Source: Planctomycetales bacterium (GTDB lineage: Bacteria > 4484-113). Taken from it: a stretch of 64,000 bases of DNA. The stretch spans positions 30,607 to 94,606 of the forward strand of contig JBBIRS010000004.1 in NCBI GenBank assembly GCA_037441675.1, written 5' to 3'. Of the stretch, positions 63,061-64,000 are shown in pieces; the stretch's first letter is position 1, and each line of letters starts with the position of its first letter. The notes under the pieces were generated by a model. The model saw only the letters and a list, made by a program, of their open reading frames with translations. It made no database searches and was not told the origin of the DNA. Position numbers and translations under genes: made by a program.

Positions 63061-64000
63061 ATGGAGAGGAAATTTTATGGTCAGGCTGAATACGCCAAGG
63101 GGCTTGAAGACGTAATTGTAGCAGAGAGCGCAATAGGTTATGTAGATGGAGAGAAGGGTTGGCTTGTCTACCGTGGCATTGAGATTCAGGAGCTCGCGGA
63201 TAAGAGTAACTTTGAGGAGACAACCTACCTCCTGCTTTACGGCAAACTGCCAACTAGCAAAGAGCTTGACGAATTCAAGGATAGATTACGGAGGAGGAGG
63301 GAAGTTCCCGCAGCAGTTTACGAAGTCATTAGCAAAACTCCACCGACCTGTCATCCGATGTCCGCCTTAAGAACTGCGGTAAGCTTTCTTGGTACTTTAG
63401 AGGATAGAGCGGAGGATACCAGTATTGAATACTATGAAGAGGTTGGCATAAATCTAATCGCCCAGATGGCTACCATCACTGCAGCGATCCAACGCCACAG
63501 GCAGGGCAGAGACTTCGTCAAACCTGATGCTAGCTTGGAACACACGGAGAACTTTCTTTACATGTGCAATGGAGAAAAGCCAGAACCACTCGCCACGAAA
63601 GTTATGGATGTTGCGATGATACTCCACGCTGACCATGAGATGAATGCAAGCACCTTTACATCAATGGCGTGCGTTTCCTCACTGACTGATATGTACTCAG
63701 CGATAACAGCTGGGATTGCGAGCCTTAAGGGACCTCTTCACGGAGGGGCAAACGAGGAAGTTATCAAGCTCATTCAGAAAATTGGCACCGTCGAAAATGT
63801 TGACGGGATAATTGACGGTATGATTGCCGAGAAGAAAAAGATACCAGGATTTGGGCATCGTGTTTATAAGGCGTATGACCCCCGCGCAACTGTTCTTAAG
63901 AAATACTCGCAGGAAGTCTGCTCACTGAAAGGTATGCCTCACCTTTACGAAATAGCAAATAAGATTGAGGAGAAGCTGATACCAATTTACGGTTCAAAAG
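63061..64000 (+). CDS. gltA: Citrate synthase (3'-truncated by window edge)
   Basis: RBS AAGGAG; KGLEDV..YVDG..LVYRG, HPMSAL, HADHEMNASTF, LKGPLHGGANE, GFGHRVYK..DPR. Confidence 0.95.
   Translation, partial: MERKFYGQAEYAKGLEDVIVAESAIGYVDGEKGWLVYRGIEIQELADKSNFEETTYLLLYGKLPTSKELDEFKDRLRRRREVPAAVYEVISKTPPTCHPMSALRTAVSFLGTLEDRAEDTSIEYYEEVGINLIAQMATITAAIQRHRQGRDFVKPDASLEHTENFLYMCNGEKPEPLATKVMDVAMILHADHEMNASTFTSMACVSSLTDMYSAITAGIASLKGPLHGGANEEVIKLIQKIGTVENVDGIIDGMIAEKKKIPGFGHRVYKAYDPRATVLKKYSQEVCSLKGMPHLYEIANKIEEKLIPIYGSK

Overview
A 64-kb chromosomal segment from a bacterium that is probably an anaerobic amino-acid fermenter. Intact housekeeping and energy genes include gltX, pyrC, carA, a four-subunit 2-oxoacid:ferredoxin oxidoreductase, rph, ferredoxin, hbd, rsmI, gdhA, etfBA, rbgA, nadD, ptb/buk, metG and citrate synthase. 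These alternate with accessory patches rich in stops and frameshifts. Main points: (1) a CsoR-linked mer-like cluster whose MerA has an in-frame TGA exactly at the first active-site Cys (GGT*VNRGC; selenocysteine or a nonsense lesion), next to an apparent MerT-HMA-thioredoxin-like fusion; (2) an intact four-gene DUF6754-type membrane operon of unknown function; (3) a 1403-aa lipoprotein (S-layer candidate) with a ~500-nt leader, flanked by inverted GTAG-type REP modules; (4) a recurring TTGTGAA-N4-TTCACAA (Rex/CRP-like) operator upstream of seven energy-metabolism units; (5) tRNA-Gly(CCC) lying antisense within an open frame that runs into a DipZ-like redoxin; (6) a candidate multi-hairpin leader that could sequester the RBS of an ALDH7-type gene. 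No CRISPR array, rRNA, intact transposase or integrase was seen. All family calls come from motif recognition by eye, not database searches.
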